From the NCBI GenBank assembly GCA_050942955.1, contig JBMNOG010000006.1, positions 932 to 64,931 on the forward strand: a stretch of 64,000 nt of DNA, in the 5' to 3' direction. Source of the DNA: Patescibacteria group bacterium (GTDB taxonomy: Bacteria; Patescibacteriota; Microgenomatia; UBA1400; UBA1449). Shown here one piece after another: positions 62,426 to 64,000 of the stretch (positions are counted from its first letter, which is position 1; every line of letters begins with the position of its first letter). The notes beneath the pieces are model-generated. The model saw only the letters and a program-made list of their open reading frames with translations, made no database searches and was not told the DNA's origin. Made by a program: the position numbers and the translations under genes.

Positions 62426-64000
62426 ATGTCTGCCCAAAACAAGCTACTGTCCATCTCTCAAGCTTCTAAATACCTAGGTGTTTCAAACGACACCCTAAGG
62501 CGATGGGAAAAAAGGGGTAAAATCACTCCATTAAGAACCCTTGGCAATGTCAGACGTTATAGGATAGAAGATCTTCAACAATTAAAAACAAGAAAGGGCA
62601 CTCCTACAACGAAGGAGCTGATCCAGAAAACACACCAGGAGATAGCACAAATAAAGCAGACAATTAGTGAAAACCAAAAAGACAAGAGTCCTACTCCTAC
62701 TCCTACTCCTACTTCTACTCCAATTCAAACCTCCCCTAAGGTTGCAGCAGCTCAATCCCCTAGAGCGAACCAGGACATTGCAGAAGACTTAAGTGTTATT
62801 AAGCGTTTCCTCTATGGAATTGCATCCCAATTAAATGATGTAAAGCGCAGCCTACTCCAACAACAAGGGTCCCTTTCTCTCTCTCCTTCTAACTCCGATC
62901 TGTTAAATAACACTCAAAAGCGTCGACAAAGATTAATTCAGTACTCAACTATAGGTGGAAGTACATTAGTAATACTTCTGTTTCTTTTACTTATTCTCTC
63001 AAAACTATTTCCTCTTAATAATAAGATAAATAATATTGAAAAACTGGTAAGGACCTTGGATATTAATTATCAGTCCCCTCCCGATAGTGATGTTAGTATT
63101 GAGCCGGAAAACATAGAATCATTTCGAGTCGGAGAAGATAAAATTGTATTTGATGAAGCAGGTAATATCTATTTTTCCGGTGGCCTTACTGGGGGATACA
63201 TTGATACAGATACCAGAAACCTGATCATCAATTCCGGATTTGAACAGAACTCTTCAGGGAGACCTGATTACTACACGTATGCTGATGAGACTAACGAGCA
63301 GAATACCTTCATTTCTCAGGACATATCATTTGAAGGCAAAAACACCCTAAAACTTGAACCCAAAAGCGGTCAAATACTAACTGTAAAACCTCACCATCTC
63401 CCCCTTGATCCCCACAAACATTACACATTTACCGCATATGTACGAGCTCTTGGTCTGCGTAAAACCTACGTTTCCATCGGTTATGGGGATAGAGAAGGTG
63501 AAGATAAAGAAGTAATTCAGCTTGAAGGGAGTAGTTCGTGGAAACAAATTCGTTTTACTAAGACATTTAGTGAGAGTGATACGCCAAAAAGTGATGCTTT
63601 TTACATTTCAGCTCTTTCGCAAGATGGTGGAGGTGCTTTATACATTGATGGACTTCAGTTGGAAACTGGAACATTAGCTTCCGCATACAAACCTCAGGCT
63701 CTGCGAAGCGACGGCGTGGCAGTTTTTGATGAGGATGCACTTGTTCCGGTGATTACTAATACAGGATCGTTGGGAACGGGAACTCAACCCTTCAAAGAAG
63801 CATTTATAACAACTCAAAACGTATTTGGGGATCTGCAAGTTGGACAAGACGCTAGTATCTCCGGAAACCTTACTGTTACAGGCATAGTCGACTTAAACGC
63901 TATTACTGTTAGGAACAAGATTCTTTCACAGAATGACGGTATTTATACTGGTACTGGAGCTGGAGTTAAGCGTTTAGATCATCTGGGAAACCTGCTAAAT
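62426..64000 (+). CDS. Large protein: N-terminal MerR/excisionase-like HTH, TM, extracellular CBM-like domain; runs off the right edge
   Basis: Frame open from ATG 62426 to the end: LLSISQASKYLGVSNDTLRRWEKRGKI.P.RT.GNVRRY, a PT repeat, TM (STLVILLFLLLILS), NLIINSGFE...YIDGLQLETGTLASAYKP. Confidence 0.88.
   Translation, partial: MSAQNKLLSISQASKYLGVSNDTLRRWEKRGKITPLRTLGNVRRYRIEDLQQLKTRKGTPTTKELIQKTHQEIAQIKQTISENQKDKSPTPTPTPTSTPIQTSPKVAAAQSPRANQDIAEDLSVIKRFLYGIASQLNDVKRSLLQQQGSLSLSPSNSDLLNNTQKRRQRLIQYSTIGGSTLVILLFLLLILSKLFPLNNKINNIEKLVRTLDINYQSPPDSDVSIEPENIESFRVGEDKIVFDEAGNIYFSGGLTGGYIDTDTRNLIINSGFEQNSSGRPDYYTYADETNEQNTFISQDISFEGKNTLKLEPKSGQILTVKPHHLPLDPHKHYTFTAYVRALGLRKTYVSIGYGDREGEDKEVIQLEGSSSWKQIRFTKTFSESDTPKSDAFYISALSQDGGGALYIDGLQLETGTLASAYKPQALRSDGVAVFDEDALVPVITNTGSLGTGTQPFKEAFITTQNVFGDLQVGQDASISGNLTVTGIVDLNAITVRNKILSQNDGIYTGTGAGVKRLDHLGNLLN

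Overview
This window looks like a chromosomal segment of a Patescibacteria (CPR) bacterium, probably Microgenomates. That is inferred from the divergent 16S primer sites, very short or absent 5' UTRs, the sortase/LPxTG pair and the CPR-style type IV pilus locus. From left to right it holds: membrane-anchored glycoside hydrolases, tRNA-Ala(CGC), a LysM-M23 peptidase, rho, a GH3 enzyme and tRNA-Ser(GCT); a surface-glycosylation locus interrupted by two GC-richer orphan cassettes whose long leaders carry rRNA-type boxA motifs; sortase plus substrate and radA; a type IV pilus locus with two tandem pilins sharing a 147-bp identical block; then, co-oriented upstream of pilB/pilC, a LuxI-family acyl-homoserine-lactone synthase, a multi-TM histidine kinase and a stand-alone receiver (best candidate for a novel system: LuxR-independent quorum sensing wired to CPR pili). 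Next come rpsA; an rRNA locus split by an antisense superoxide dismutase gene, a terminator and a separate 23S promoter; a pcp pseudogene, mnmA and fbaB; a 7TM / ATP-grasp-protease / DUF3541-like / RimK-like peptide-ligase operon; a 3.1-kb AT-rich ORF desert; and the start of a large HTH-TM-CBM surface protein. No CRISPR array, transposase, integrase or rRNA intron was seen. Family calls come from motifs recognised by eye, not database searches, and GC contents are visual estimates.
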